Assembly (NCBI GenBank): GCA_963674735.2
Contig: CAXXQS010000001.1
Span: 1,664,001-1,728,000, forward strand
Length of the DNA: 64,000 nt
Direction of reading: 5' to 3'
Source: Myxococcota bacterium
GTDB lineage: Bacteria > Myxococcota_A > SURF-8
Part shown: positions 18,650 to 28,885 of the stretch, piece after piece
How positions within the stretch are numbered: the first letter of the stretch is position 1
How the letters are laid out: each line of letters begins with the position of its first letter
The notes under the pieces: model-generated
Seen by the model: only the letters and a program-made list of their open reading frames with translations
Database searches by the model: none
What the model was told of the DNA's origin: nothing
Translations under genes and position numbers: made by a program

Positions 18650-20120
18650 TGATCGCAAAAGCAAACTCGACGCTCTGAAAGCCCGCTACCCCGAAATGAA
18701 ATTGAAAGACCGTCTGGCACTCGATCAACAGCCCATGCAAGAGCAGGCCCCGGAAGTCCGTCGTCGAAATATCAAGGAAGTCCCGCTTGGTTACGACGAA
18801 ATCGCCGCTCAACTCGAAGCCATGCGCTGTCTCGAATGCAAGAAAAAGCCCTGTGTGGCGGGTTGCCCGGTAAACATCGATATCCCCACCTTCGTTGTGG
18901 CCATCCGCAAAGGCGACTTCAAAAAGGCCATCGGCGTGATCCGGGAGTCCAACTGTCTGCCCGCCGTGACGGGCCGCGTCTGCCCGCAGGAAGTGCAATG
19001 CCAGGCCCAGTGCACGGTCGGGAAATCCAAGAAGGATGTCCTGCAATCCGTGTCCATCGGGCGGCTGGAACGTTTCGTGGCTGACTGGGAGCGCGAGCAC
19101 GCCATGCTTGACATCCCCGAACCGGCCCCCGCCACCGGCAAGCGCATCGCGATCGTGGGCTCGGGTCCGGCCGGCTTGACCGTCGCGGGCGACCTGCGCA
19201 AGCTCGGCCACGACGTGACGATCTTCGAGGCCTTTCACAAGTTCGGCGGCGTGCTGGTTTACGGCATCCCCGAGTTCCGCCTGCCGAAAGCCATCGTGCA
19301 ATCGGAGGTGGATTACCTGGAAAAACTGGGCGTCCACTTCGAGCCCAACGTTGTTGTGGGGCAAACCCTGTCGATCGAGGAACTGCTCGAAGAAGAAGGA
19401 TTCGATGCCGTCTTCGTGGGAACAGGAGCCGGTCTTCCCTACTTCATGAACATTTCGGGTGAGGAGTTGATCGGGGTTTACTCCGCCAACGAATACCTCA
19501 CGCGCGCCAATATGATGAAAGCTTACACCTTCCCCGACACCGACACGCCGACCATCAAAGGCAAAAACGTCGCGGTGTTCGGCGGGGGAAACGTCGCCAT
19601 GGACTCTGCCCGTACCGCCATGCGGCTCGGGGCTGAAAACGTCTACCTGGTTTATCGACGTTCCGAAGAAGAGATGCCCGCCCGCACGGAAGAGGCGCAC
19701 CACGCCAAAGAAGAAGGCATTCAATTCCTGCTGCTGACCAATCCCATCGCCATTTTGGAGGGGGAAAAGGAACGCGTCGGGAGCATCCGGGTGATTAAAA
19801 TGGAACTGGGTGAACCCGATGCTTCGGGACGACGGCGACCGATTCCGATCGAAGGATCGGAATACGAGTTGGAAGTCGACCTCGTCATCGAAGCCATCGG
19901 CAACGGTCCCAACCCGCTGGTTCCCGCCAGCACACCGGGATTGGAAGTCACCCGGCGCGGAAACATCGTGGCAGATAAGGAGCTTTGCAAAACCAGCAAA
20001 AAAGGGGTTTTCGCAGGCGGCGACATTGTTTTGGGAGCGGCAACGGTGATCTTGGCCATGGGCGAAGGGCGCCGCGCGGCTCGTGCGATTCACGACTATC
20101 TGGCCACCGGTGAATGGTAG
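18642..20120 (+). CDS. nfnB: NfnB/SudA (GltD-like) NADPH-dependent flavo-Fe-S subunit
   Basis: RCLECKKKPCVAGCP, GRVCPQE.QC..C, GSGPAG, YGIPEFRLP, GGGNVAMD; overlaps nfnA; no gltB nearby. Confidence 0.88.
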   Translation: MSDDRKSKLDALKARYPEMKLKDRLALDQQPMQEQAPEVRRRNIKEVPLGYDEIAAQLEAMRCLECKKKPCVAGCPVNIDIPTFVVAIRKGDFKKAIGVIRESNCLPAVTGRVCPQEVQCQAQCTVGKSKKDVLQSVSIGRLERFVADWEREHAMLDIPEPAPATGKRIAIVGSGPAGLTVAGDLRKLGHDVTIFEAFHKFGGVLVYGIPEFRLPKAIVQSEVDYLEKLGVHFEPNVVVGQTLSIEELLEEEGFDAVFVGTGAGLPYFMNISGEELIGVYSANEYLTRANMMKAYTFPDTDTPTIKGKNVAVFGGGNVAMDSARTAMRLGAENVYLVYRRSEEEMPARTEEAHHAKEEGIQFLLLTNPIAILEGEKERVGSIRVIKMELGEPDASGRRRPIPIEGSEYELEVDLVIEAIGNGPNPLVPASTPGLEVTRRGNIVADKELCKTSKKGVFAGGDIVLGAATVILAMGEGRRAARAIHDYLATGEW

Positions 20121-20169
20121 ATTCCCGCCACCGACCTGAAGTGAAAAACAAGGGGTAAACGTGACAGCC

Positions 20170-21351
20170 ATGGCAAAGCGGTTGAAATCCCTGGCGATCA
20201 ACCTACTTCTATTTGGCTGCGCCTGCCTGATCGCTCTGTTCATCGCTGAAGGTCTGGTGCGCATCGTCGTCAAGCCGCGCCTCGACATTCCTCCGCGCAA
20301 CTTCTACCAGATCGACCCCGATCTGGGATACACGCACACGTCCAACTACAATGGACGTCGTGTACGCCCCGAATTCGATGTCAAACTGGAAACGAATGCC
20401 TTCGGCTTGCGCGGAAAGCCCATCGCGAAAGAAAAGCCGCCCCAAACTCTGCGGATACTCCTGCTCGGCGACAGCTTCGCCGAATCGGCCAACGCGGATC
20501 TGGAAGCCAGCTTCCCCTACCTGCTCGAACAGGATCTCCGCATCGACGCGACGGCCAAAGGACTGCGTCTGGAAGTTTTAAACGCCGGTGTCGGGGGCTG
20601 GGGACCGGAACATTACATCACCTATCTGCGGAAATTCGGCTTGGCTTTTCAGCCGGATATCGTTCTGGTAGCCAGCTTCCAGGGCAACGACCTTTTCGAG
20701 GATATCCGCACCGATTTCGTGATCGAGGATGGTTATCTCACACGCAAGCAACAAAACACGTCGCTGAAAAGCCGGGCTGTCCGCGCCATCAACCACGCGC
20801 TCAAACGACAGTCGGCGCTTTATGTTGTTCTCAAAGCCCGCCTCGAAAACCTCTTGTGGCATCTGGGATTACGGCCCTACACACTACCTCGTGAAATTCT
20901 GGCCAAGGATGACAGCGCGATTATGAAGCGCTATATCATTACCATGAGCCATTTTTCCTCGATCAACAAGGATTGCCGAGATCGCGACATCCCCTGGTTC
21001 CTGGTCCTGATTCCGTCCCAATACCAAGTAGAGGACGAACTGCTGAAGCGTTACTCCGAGGTATACGGATTCAGTATGGACGATGTGGATATCGAGAAAT
21101 TCGGACGGCGCATCGGACGATGGACCGTCAAGGAAAGTGTACCCGTTCTAAACTTGCTAGAGCCTTTCCGCCGATACGGAAAACCCCTCTATTACCCGAT
21201 GGACCGTCACCTCAATCCCGACGGACATCGTCTGACAGCCGCTCTGATGGCGAAATTCATACGAAATTCACCCAGCTATCAACATCTGTTGATGGACATG
21301 GCCAAAGCACCGACGAAGAAAACGGAACCAGCCCCCGCCGCTCCGGAATGA
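20170..21351 (+). CDS. Membrane-anchored SGNH/GDSL hydrolase or O-acetyltransferase-like protein
   Basis: N-terminal TM; LGDSF, NAGVGG, GND, DRHLN..GH blocks. Confidence 0.8.
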   Translation: MAKRLKSLAINLLLFGCACLIALFIAEGLVRIVVKPRLDIPPRNFYQIDPDLGYTHTSNYNGRRVRPEFDVKLETNAFGLRGKPIAKEKPPQTLRILLLGDSFAESANADLEASFPYLLEQDLRIDATAKGLRLEVLNAGVGGWGPEHYITYLRKFGLAFQPDIVLVASFQGNDLFEDIRTDFVIEDGYLTRKQQNTSLKSRAVRAINHALKRQSALYVVLKARLENLLWHLGLRPYTLPREILAKDDSAIMKRYIITMSHFSSINKDCRDRDIPWFLVLIPSQYQVEDELLKRYSEVYGFSMDDVDIEKFGRRIGRWTVKESVPVLNLLEPFRRYGKPLYYPMDRHLNPDGHRLTAALMAKFIRNSPSYQHLLMDMAKAPTKKTEPAPAAPE

Positions 21352-21373
21352 TGGCGACTGACTTCGAAAATTC

Positions 21374-24300
21374 CTATTCCAGCACCATGCCTTTGGATCC
21401 GAGGATCATTTCGGCCTTATCGATCAGGTCGGCACAGGGATCGACGCGCCAGGCGTTGGGTAAATTGACCACGCTCTCATACTCCCCTTCCAACTTGTAG
21501 TGGCACGACACCGGACAAGCCCCCGCATAATTTTTCAGAAGCTCGCTTAAATCGGTGAGGCGCTTGCGATCGATATCCGCCGGAAGCATGCAATGTACGC
21601 GGCGGGCAGAGGACTTGAGCACATCGATCAACGGTCGAATCGAAATGACGCGTAGTTTAACCACGGCTTCGTCACCTTCACCATCCACCATCACCTGACC
21701 GTTGACGATGATCGGATCGCTCGACGTCAGATATTCGGCGCAACTCTCGTAAGCCTTTTTAAATACGGCGCATTCGATCGAACCCAAGGTATCTTGAAGC
21801 ATGAAAAAGGCGGTCCGTCCGCTCCCGTCACGCATCGGCCGATCCCGCAGCTCGGTGACGACACCGGCGAGGGTGACCTCCTCCCGATTGTCGAATTGCG
21901 TGATTCCATCGAAAGTCGTCGTGGTATAGCGTTTCGCATCTTCCGCATAGCGATCCATCGGGTGAGCGGAAAGGTAAATGCCGAGCACACTCTGCTCGAA
22001 ATCCAACCGTTCTTTCTCGGTCCACTCCTCGACCTCGGGATAATCCTCGGCGAACGCCGGGGTGGCGGCATCTTTAGTTGCACCACCAAACATATCCATC
22101 AGGCTGGTTTGACCGGAAGCGCGATCCCGTTGCCGCGCCTGCCCCGCGTCGACGGCTTTATCCAGAACACCGAGCAAGATCGCCCGGCTTTTATTGGTGA
22201 AATCGAAGGCTCCGGCTTTGATCAACGCTTCGAGAACCTTCTTGTTGACCTTCCCCAGATCGACTTCCTCGCAAAACTCGTAAAGTGAGGCAAAGGGCTT
22301 TTTCTGGCGCGCCTCGATGAGGGTTTCGATGGCGCCGGTCCCAACGCCTTTGACCGCCCCCATCCCATAGCGGATCATACCGTCTTCGACGGTGAACTCC
22401 CGCTCCGACCGGGTGGCGCAGGGCGGCAGCACCTTGATTTGCATGCGCTTGGCTTCCTGAACGAACTTCACCACCTTCTCGGTGTGCTCCATATCGCAAG
22501 TCAGAGTCGCGGCGAGAAACTCGATCGGATGATAAGTCTTCATATAAGCGGTTCGATATGAAATCAGCGCGTAAGCGGCCGCATGAGACTTATTGAAGCC
22601 GTATTGGGCGAACTCGACCATGTCGTCGGTCACCTTTTGAATGACCTCCTCAGAAAAGCCCTTCTCCGCTGCGCCGGTTTTGAATTTTCCCAACATTTCC
22701 GCCATGAGCTTGGCTTTTTTCTTACCCATGGCTTTCCGCAGCGTATCGGCCTCGGCCATACTGAACCCGGCCATTTCGCCCGCGATCTGCATCACCTGTT
22801 CCTGGTAGACGATCAACCCGTAGGTTTCTTTCAGGATGCCTTCCAGAACCGGATGAACAAACACGATTTTTTCGCGCCCGTGTTTACGATCCACCAAGGT
22901 GGGAATGTTTTCCATCGGGCCGGGACGATACAGAGCCACCGCCAGAATGATATCCTCGAAACAATCCGGTTTGAGCCGTTTGAGCATGCGCTGGAAACCA
23001 CCCGATTCCATCTGAAAAACTCCGTTGGTTTCACCCGATGAAATCAGCTCGTACACCTTCGGGTCGTCGGGGAGCAAGCGCTCGATATCGAGTTTTTCTC
23101 CCTCCGTGCGCCCCCGGTTGACCAGTTTTTGGGCCTCGTCGATAACCGTGAGAGTTTTCAACCCGAGAAAATCGAACTTGACCAGCCCCACCGCCTCGAC
23201 TTCGTCCTTGGCGTACTGGGTTATCAGGGCATCGTCACCGCGAATCACTGGCACCATTTCCCATAACGGTTTTTCGGCGATCACCACGCCCGCTGCATGA
23301 ATGCCCGTATGCCGGTGCATTCCTTCCAGCCCCTTGGCGGTATCGTACATTCTCTGATATTCGGAACTGGTGGCCAGCAACTCTCCCAAACGCGGTTCGT
23401 CTTTCAGTGCCGACTCCAAGGTGGTCTTCGGACCATCGGGAACGAGTTTGGCGATACGATCCGCCTCGGGAATAGGGATATCGAAAGCGCGGCAGATGTC
23501 GCGAACCACACCTCGCGCCTTGAGGCTTCCAAACGTGATGATCTGCCCCACATTGTTTTCACCGTAAGTCCGCCCCACATAGCGGATGACTTCATCCCGA
23601 CGATTCATGCAGAAATCGACGTCGAAATCCGGCATGGAGATACGTTCGGGATTTAGAAAACGCTCGAAGATCAGTTTATACGGCAAGGGGTCCAGGTCGG
23701 TGATCTTCAGCGAATACGCAACCAACGATCCGACACCCGAGCCACGCCCCGGTCCCACCGGAATCCCCTGGCTTTTCGCATAGTTGATGAAATCGGCTAC
23801 AATCAGGAAATAGCCGGAAAATTTCATCTTTTTGATGATTCCGATCTCGTAATCCAAACGCGCATCATATTTTTCGCGATCGATCGGATAAGTCGTCTTG
23901 GCCAGACGCTCCTCATAGCCCTCGCGGGTTCGCAACTCGAAATAGCTATCCTGGTCGTGCCCCTCGGGAACTTCGAACAAGGGCAGCTTCGGGTTATCAA
24001 GCTCCAACTCAACCTGACAGCGCTGTGCGATTTTCAGCGTATTTTCAACCGCTTCCGGATAGTCGGCGAATAACTCACGCATGTCTTCCGGCGAGCGCAA
24101 ATACAAGCTGTCCGTATCGTAGCGCAAACGTCCCGGATCCTGTTTGAGCTTGCCATGCCCGATACATAAAAGGGAATCGTGGTAATCGTAATCGTTCGGC
24201 ATCAAATAGTGTACGTCGTTGGTCGCAATCAAGGGTAAATCAAGCTTCTTCGACAGCTTGACCAACTGCTCGTTCACTTTGCTTTGAATCGGAATTCCGT

Positions 24301-24868
24301 TCATCTGAATTTCGAGATAGAAATTCTCCGGGCCGAAGATCTCGGCATACTCGCGGGCAAGCTCCTCAGCTCCCTCCAGACGATTTTCCATAATTGCGAC
24401 CGGGATTTCCCCCGACAGGCAAGCCGAGAGTCCGATCAAGCCCTCGTGTCGCTCACGTAAAAGGGCTTTATCAATGCGAGGTTTGCGGTAAAAACCTTCA
24501 AGATTGGCCATGGAGACGAGATAGCACAGATTTTGATAGCCGGTGAAGTTTTCGGCCAGCAGAACCAGATGATAATTTCGACGTTCCTGCCGAGAATGAC
24601 GATCCTTCTCGGCCATATAGATCTCGCAACCCAAAATCGGCTTAACACCAGCTTTGAGCGCCTGGCGATAAAAGTCGATCGTGCCATACATGTTGCCGTG
24701 ATCGGTCAGAGCCACGGCAGGCATCCCCAGTTCCTTAACCCGTTCGGTCAGTTTGCCGATCTTGCAGGCCCCGTCGAGCAGACTATACGACGAGTGCAGA
24801 TGCAGATGGATGAAGCTGTTTTCGTATTCTGATTTCACGTCGCGAGTCCCAGCGGGTTGTTCGTCCAT
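21374..24868 (-). CDS. dnaE: DNA polymerase III alpha subunit
   Basis: PHP domain (HLHLHSSYSLLDG), GPGRGS, MPDFDVDF, KFDFLGL, YGFNKSH, OB fold. Confidence 0.97.
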   Translation of the reverse strand: MDEQPAGTRDVKSEYENSFIHLHLHSSYSLLDGACKIGKLTERVKELGMPAVALTDHGNMYGTIDFYRQALKAGVKPILGCEIYMAEKDRHSRQERRNYHLVLLAENFTGYQNLCYLVSMANLEGFYRKPRIDKALLRERHEGLIGLSACLSGEIPVAIMENRLEGAEELAREYAEIFGPENFYLEIQMNGIPIQSKVNEQLVKLSKKLDLPLIATNDVHYLMPNDYDYHDSLLCIGHGKLKQDPGRLRYDTDSLYLRSPEDMRELFADYPEAVENTLKIAQRCQVELELDNPKLPLFEVPEGHDQDSYFELRTREGYEERLAKTTYPIDREKYDARLDYEIGIIKKMKFSGYFLIVADFINYAKSQGIPVGPGRGSGVGSLVAYSLKITDLDPLPYKLIFERFLNPERISMPDFDVDFCMNRRDEVIRYVGRTYGENNVGQIITFGSLKARGVVRDICRAFDIPIPEADRIAKLVPDGPKTTLESALKDEPRLGELLATSSEYQRMYDTAKGLEGMHRHTGIHAAGVVIAEKPLWEMVPVIRGDDALITQYAKDEVEAVGLVKFDFLGLKTLTVIDEAQKLVNRGRTEGEKLDIERLLPDDPKVYELISSGETNGVFQMESGGFQRMLKRLKPDCFEDIILAVALYRPGPMENIPTLVDRKHGREKIVFVHPVLEGILKETYGLIVYQEQVMQIAGEMAGFSMAEADTLRKAMGKKKAKLMAEMLGKFKTGAAEKGFSEEVIQKVTDDMVEFAQYGFNKSHAAAYALISYRTAYMKTYHPIEFLAATLTCDMEHTEKVVKFVQEAKRMQIKVLPPCATRSEREFTVEDGMIRYGMGAVKGVGTGAIETLIEARQKKPFASLYEFCEEVDLGKVNKKVLEALIKAGAFDFTNKSRAILLGVLDKAVDAGQARQRDRASGQTSLMDMFGGATKDAATPAFAEDYPEVEEWTEKERLDFEQSVLGIYLSAHPMDRYAEDAKRYTTTTFDGITQFDNREEVTLAGVVTELRDRPMRDGSGRTAFFMLQDTLGSIECAVFKKAYESCAEYLTSSDPIIVNGQVMVDGEGDEAVVKLRVISIRPLIDVLKSSARRVHCMLPADIDRKRLTDLSELLKNYAGACPVSCHYKLEGEYESVVNLPNAWRVDPCADLIDKAEMILGSKGMVLE

Positions 24869-25040
24869 GTTGTCCCTCTTCGGCTACAAAAAGCGCGTCT
24901 TAGATTCCACTGAGTGGATGATGTCGTTCAGTCACTTTGATAGCAGATCATGCCGGACTTGACAAGGGCAAAGCCCCCGCTTCGACCACCATCCGAGCCC
25001 TTGAAGACGAGACCGGCCCATAATCTGTCGTGATATCCCC

Positions 25041-25658
25041 TTAGTTTGAATTCAAACCGGGAAATTCGATTTTACAGCATGCCAGGATTTTCGCCAGCAA
25101 GACATCCTGTGCATCCGTCAGCGGTTTTCCGGCAAATAGCTCCGACCAATCATCCGAACGTGGAATCGTATGCTCACAGATGTGCAAGCGACGTTTTTTC
25201 AAGGTCTCGATATGCGGAGCGGCTTCCGCAGCCTCGCATTGCGTAAACAAAACCGTACACGGCGGTGGGGGCTTGCGTCCCGAAAGCCAGATCAGAGCCA
25301 CCAGCCGATCGAGCGCCCACACATCCGGCAAGGTCGGGCGCGAGGGAATCAGGATGGCATCCGCCAGTTGCACCGCCTTTTCCGTCTGAGCCGTGATGCT
25401 AGGCGGAAGATCCAGGATGATGTGATCGTAACCGTCCTTCACTTCTTCGATGTCCTTTTCCAAGATGCGCACCTGCGACGGATGCACTTCGATTCCATAT
25501 TCTCGACCGAATGCCCGGCCCCAGTTGGTAGAGGTGCCTTGGGTATCGGTATCGATCAGAATCACTTCCTGTCCACGCCGGGACAACCACAAGGACAAGG
25601 CGATGGACAAGGTGCTTTTACCGGTTCCGCCTTTTTGATGCATCACCGCGAGAATCAT
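25041..25658 (-). CDS. Small orphan ParA/MinD-family ATPase
   Basis: Deviant Walker A QKGGTGKST, DTDTQG, ILDLPP; 205 aa; ATGA overlap with tatC. Confidence 0.85.
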   Translation of the reverse strand: MILAVMHQKGGTGKSTLSIALSLWLSRRGQEVILIDTDTQGTSTNWGRAFGREYGIEVHPSQVRILEKDIEEVKDGYDHIILDLPPSITAQTEKAVQLADAILIPSRPTLPDVWALDRLVALIWLSGRKPPPPCTVLFTQCEAAEAAPHIETLKKRRLHICEHTIPRSDDWSELFAGKPLTDAQDVLLAKILACCKIEFPGLNSN

Positions 25659-26497
25659 GGCTTCTCCGTATCTTTCGTCTCTTCCCGATCGCTTGATTCC
25701 GAATCATCATCGCGCTGTTTACCGACCACACGCGCCGTCCAAATGCCGATCTCGTAAAGCAACATCAACGGTCCCAACAAAAGCATCATTGTCCAGGGGT
25801 CGGGCGGAGTCATGATCGAAGCCACAACCGCCATTCCAACCAACGCCACTCCCCGCTTGGCCGCGAATTGCGCAGAGCTGACCACCCCCAACCGCGCGAG
25901 CCCTCCCATGATCAAGGGCGACTCGAATCCGACTCCGAAGGCAATCAATAGTTTCATTGTAAAATCAACATGTTCGCGCATCGAAACCTGCAGCAGGTCC
26001 GCCGCTCCCAAGGCCTCGCTCGGGACGATCACCCCGCCTCCCTCCACGCTGTACTGAACGAGGAAGCCGAAAGCAGCCGGAAGCACGACCCAATAACAAA
26101 ACGACACACCGACGAAAAAAAGGGAAATCGCCGACAGCGGAACGAGCAGCCGATTCCATCTACCTGTCACACCGGTTCTCCGCCGGACTTCACTCCAGAT
26201 AAAAACCGCGAGATAGGGCACAACCAGCAACAGCGCCACATAAAAACAGAGTTTGACATGCACCATGAAAGCATCGATGACCCTTAACAAAACCGTGCCG
26301 TCATCCCCTTGCGGCAAAGCCGCCACCAGTGGCCAACGAACCAGTCCGGTCAAATCACGGCGTAACATCCATGCCCCGACAAAGGCCAGAGAAAAAAGCC
26401 CGACGAAACGGAGTAAAAATGCACGCAACGGAACCAGAATATCAACCCAAGGGGAGATATTCTCTGTTGTCGGTTTTTGCGAATCGATGGGTGTCAA
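25655..26497 (-). CDS. tatC: TatC-family protein with divergent N-terminal half
   Basis: About 6 TM; C-terminal AFGVGFESP and TPPDP.TM....P...LYEIGI motifs. Confidence 0.8.
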   Translation of the reverse strand: MTPIDSQKPTTENISPWVDILVPLRAFLLRFVGLFSLAFVGAWMLRRDLTGLVRWPLVAALPQGDDGTVLLRVIDAFMVHVKLCFYVALLLVVPYLAVFIWSEVRRRTGVTGRWNRLLVPLSAISLFFVGVSFCYWVVLPAAFGFLVQYSVEGGGVIVPSEALGAADLLQVSMREHVDFTMKLLIAFGVGFESPLIMGGLARLGVVSSAQFAAKRGVALVGMAVVASIMTPPDPWTMMLLLGPLMLLYEIGIWTARVVGKQRDDDSESSDREETKDTEKP

Positions 26498-26666
26498 ACT
26501 TCCACTCCTAAACGGGTTCGACCTACGATCCTAACCAAGAACGTCGACAGTGCAAGCAAGTTTTTCGAGAATGGTCTTGCATAATCGCGAGTTTCTTGAT
26601 TATCTGAAAAGCGATACAAACTCAGTGATATTAACAAATCCGGGGAATAGCAACGGAGTATCCGAT

Positions 26667-27479
26667 ATGCAAGCTCTTGAAAAATGGCGCGGTCGCTCGG
26701 CTTTGATCACCGGAGCCAGTTCCGGAATCGGGGTCGCCTTTGCACGAAATCTGGCTAAAGCGGGTTGCAATCTGATTCTCACAGCTCGTCGAACGGAGCG
26801 CCTGGAAGAATTGAAGGCGGAAATTCAGGCCAAGTTCTCCGTCCAAGTCGATGTGATCACGGCCGATCTCGCCGAACCGAGCGGTCCAAGAGAAATGATG
26901 ATGCGAGTGGGCTCGCTCGAACGTAAAGTGGATTTGCTGATCAACAATGCCGGAGTCGGCTTGTCCGGACCCTTCGATAAAACCTATTGGAAAAGCGAAG
27001 CCCGCATGATCCAACTCAATGTAACTTCGGTGGTCGAGCTGACGAAACTCGTCATTCCCGGCATGATCGAGCGCCGCCAAGGCGACATCCTACTGGTTGG
27101 GTCGATGGTCGCCAGCCTGCCTATGCCCGAGTTCGCCGTCTATGCCGGAACGAAAGGGTTCATCAACGCTTTCGGCGAGGCGGCCGGTCAGGATTTACGA
27201 CCATACGGCATCAACCTCACCGTGCTGAATCCCGGTATGACCGCAACGGAATTTATGGATACCGCCGGTTATCATGGCGGACGCCTTTCCACTCTGGGCA
27301 TGATGAAAGCCGACGTAGTGGCACAAATCGGACTGAAAGCGCTTTCTCAGCGCAAGGTATCGATTTTAGCCGGGTTCCTGAATAAACTGACCGTGCTTGC
27401 TTCGTATCTGCTTCCCCGACGCTGGCGTTTGTGGATCACCCAGAAAGCCGTTCAATTCGCTGCGAAATCCACCTCTTGA
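26667..27479 (+). CDS. Short-chain dehydrogenase/reductase
   Basis: TGASSGIG, NNAG, YAGTK, PG.TATEF. Confidence 0.9.
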   Translation: MQALEKWRGRSALITGASSGIGVAFARNLAKAGCNLILTARRTERLEELKAEIQAKFSVQVDVITADLAEPSGPREMMMRVGSLERKVDLLINNAGVGLSGPFDKTYWKSEARMIQLNVTSVVELTKLVIPGMIERRQGDILLVGSMVASLPMPEFAVYAGTKGFINAFGEAAGQDLRPYGINLTVLNPGMTATEFMDTAGYHGGRLSTLGMMKADVVAQIGLKALSQRKVSILAGFLNKLTVLASYLLPRRWRLWITQKAVQFAAKSTS

Positions 27480-27659
27480 TCACTCAATTCGCACACTAAA
27501 AAGATTGACACAACCCCGCTTCGGCGACTACCCTAGCTCTCACCAAAAGATGGCACTTCCAATCAATCCGTCTATCGATTTGTATCCTGATTATCGTGAT
27601 GCCATGTTGGATAAGCTATCAGGAATGACGATCGATGATTCTTATAAGAGAATGATATC

Positions 27660-28859
27660 ATGAAGAATTCTTCTCGTCCGGACGTTCTCGCCATCATTCC
27701 CGCACGGGGAGGATCGAAGGGCGTTCCGCGAAAAAACATCCGTTCCCTTTTGGGGTTGCCGCTCATCGCCTGGTCCATCCGACACGCACAGCAATCCACA
27801 GCGATCACCCGCTGCATCGTATCGACGGAAGATGCCGAGATTGCTGAAGTTGCAAAGAAATACGGGGCTGAAGTCGTTGAGCGACCCACGGATCTGGCCT
27901 CCGATACCGCCGCAACCGAGCCGGTTATGCTGCATGTTCTCGAACATCTCGACCAAACCGAAAATTATCAGCCCGACTGGGTCGTGCTACTGCAGGCGAC
28001 TTCCCCGATCCGAACCCCGGATCTGATCGATCGGGCGATATCGAAAGCCGGATCCGACAACTACGACTCGCTCCTGACCGTCACACCCGTCAATCGCTTC
28101 TTCTGGAAAGAACGCAGCGGAGCCGGTGAATCTTTGTACGACTTCCGCCATCGCCCACGCCGCCAGGATATCCGTCGCGAGGATCGGTTTTTCGAAGAAA
28201 ACGGCAACGTCTACGTCACGAGTCGTCAGACGTTACTCGCAGAAAAGAATCGGCTGGGCGGACGCGTCGCGCTACTGGAAACCAGCGAGCTTGAAGCCCT
28301 TGAAATCGATACCGAAACCGATTGGCGCAATGTCGAAATTGTGTTGGCGGAAAGCGGCTTATACCCCGACTGGCTGCTCCCCGACACCATCGATTTGGTG
28401 ATTTTCGATTTCGACGGCGTCATGACGAACAATACGGTCTTGACCGATACCAACGGTCTGGAGTCTGTCTCATGCGACCGTGGGGACGGGTATGGGGTCG
28501 ATCTGATGCGCAAGGCGGGCATCCCGATGATGATCATGTCCACCGAGATCAACAAGGTCGTTCAAGCCCGTGCAAACAAACTGAAAATCGAGGTCTTTCA
28601 AGGCATCGACGATAAGAAAACCGCCCTTCGGCGTCTGTTCGATGAACGAAACATCAACGCGGATCACGTTCTTTTCGTTGGAAACGATATCAACGATTTA
28701 CCGGCCTTTGAAGCTGTCGGCTGCCCCATCGCCGTCAATGACGCCTTGCCGGAAGTTCGTCGCCAAGCACGCTTGGTACTGTCGAAGCCCGGAGGACGGG
28801 GAGCCGTCCGTGAACTGGCTGACATGCTGCTGCGCCGCTGGAAATCAAAGTCCGCTTGA
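27660..28859 (+). CDS. neuA: CMP-nonulosonate synthetase fused to a KdsC-like HAD phosphatase
   Basis: IPARGGSKGVPRKN, LQATSP, EID; C-terminal DFDGVMT and GND.ND HAD motifs. Confidence 0.9.
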   Translation: MKNSSRPDVLAIIPARGGSKGVPRKNIRSLLGLPLIAWSIRHAQQSTAITRCIVSTEDAEIAEVAKKYGAEVVERPTDLASDTAATEPVMLHVLEHLDQTENYQPDWVVLLQATSPIRTPDLIDRAISKAGSDNYDSLLTVTPVNRFFWKERSGAGESLYDFRHRPRRQDIRREDRFFEENGNVYVTSRQTLLAEKNRLGGRVALLETSELEALEIDTETDWRNVEIVLAESGLYPDWLLPDTIDLVIFDFDGVMTNNTVLTDTNGLESVSCDRGDGYGVDLMRKAGIPMMIMSTEINKVVQARANKLKIEVFQGIDDKKTALRRLFDERNINADHVLFVGNDINDLPAFEAVGCPIAVNDALPEVRRQARLVLSKPGGRGAVRELADMLLRRWKSKSA

Positions 28860-28885
28860 ATCGAGACCCCAATCACAGGATAATC

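Noticed and set aside
18642-20120. Glutamate synthase small subunit (gltD) call
   Set aside because: No gltB, and it is paired with an NfnA-type gene, so NfnAB is the better call.
18621-20300. 559-aa ORF antisense to nfnB
   Set aside because: Shadow ORF produced by GC-rich codon bias on the coding strand; no recognisable motifs.
25041-25658. Plasmid or prophage partition locus
   Set aside because: No parB/parS, rep or phage genes; flanked by dnaE and tatC.
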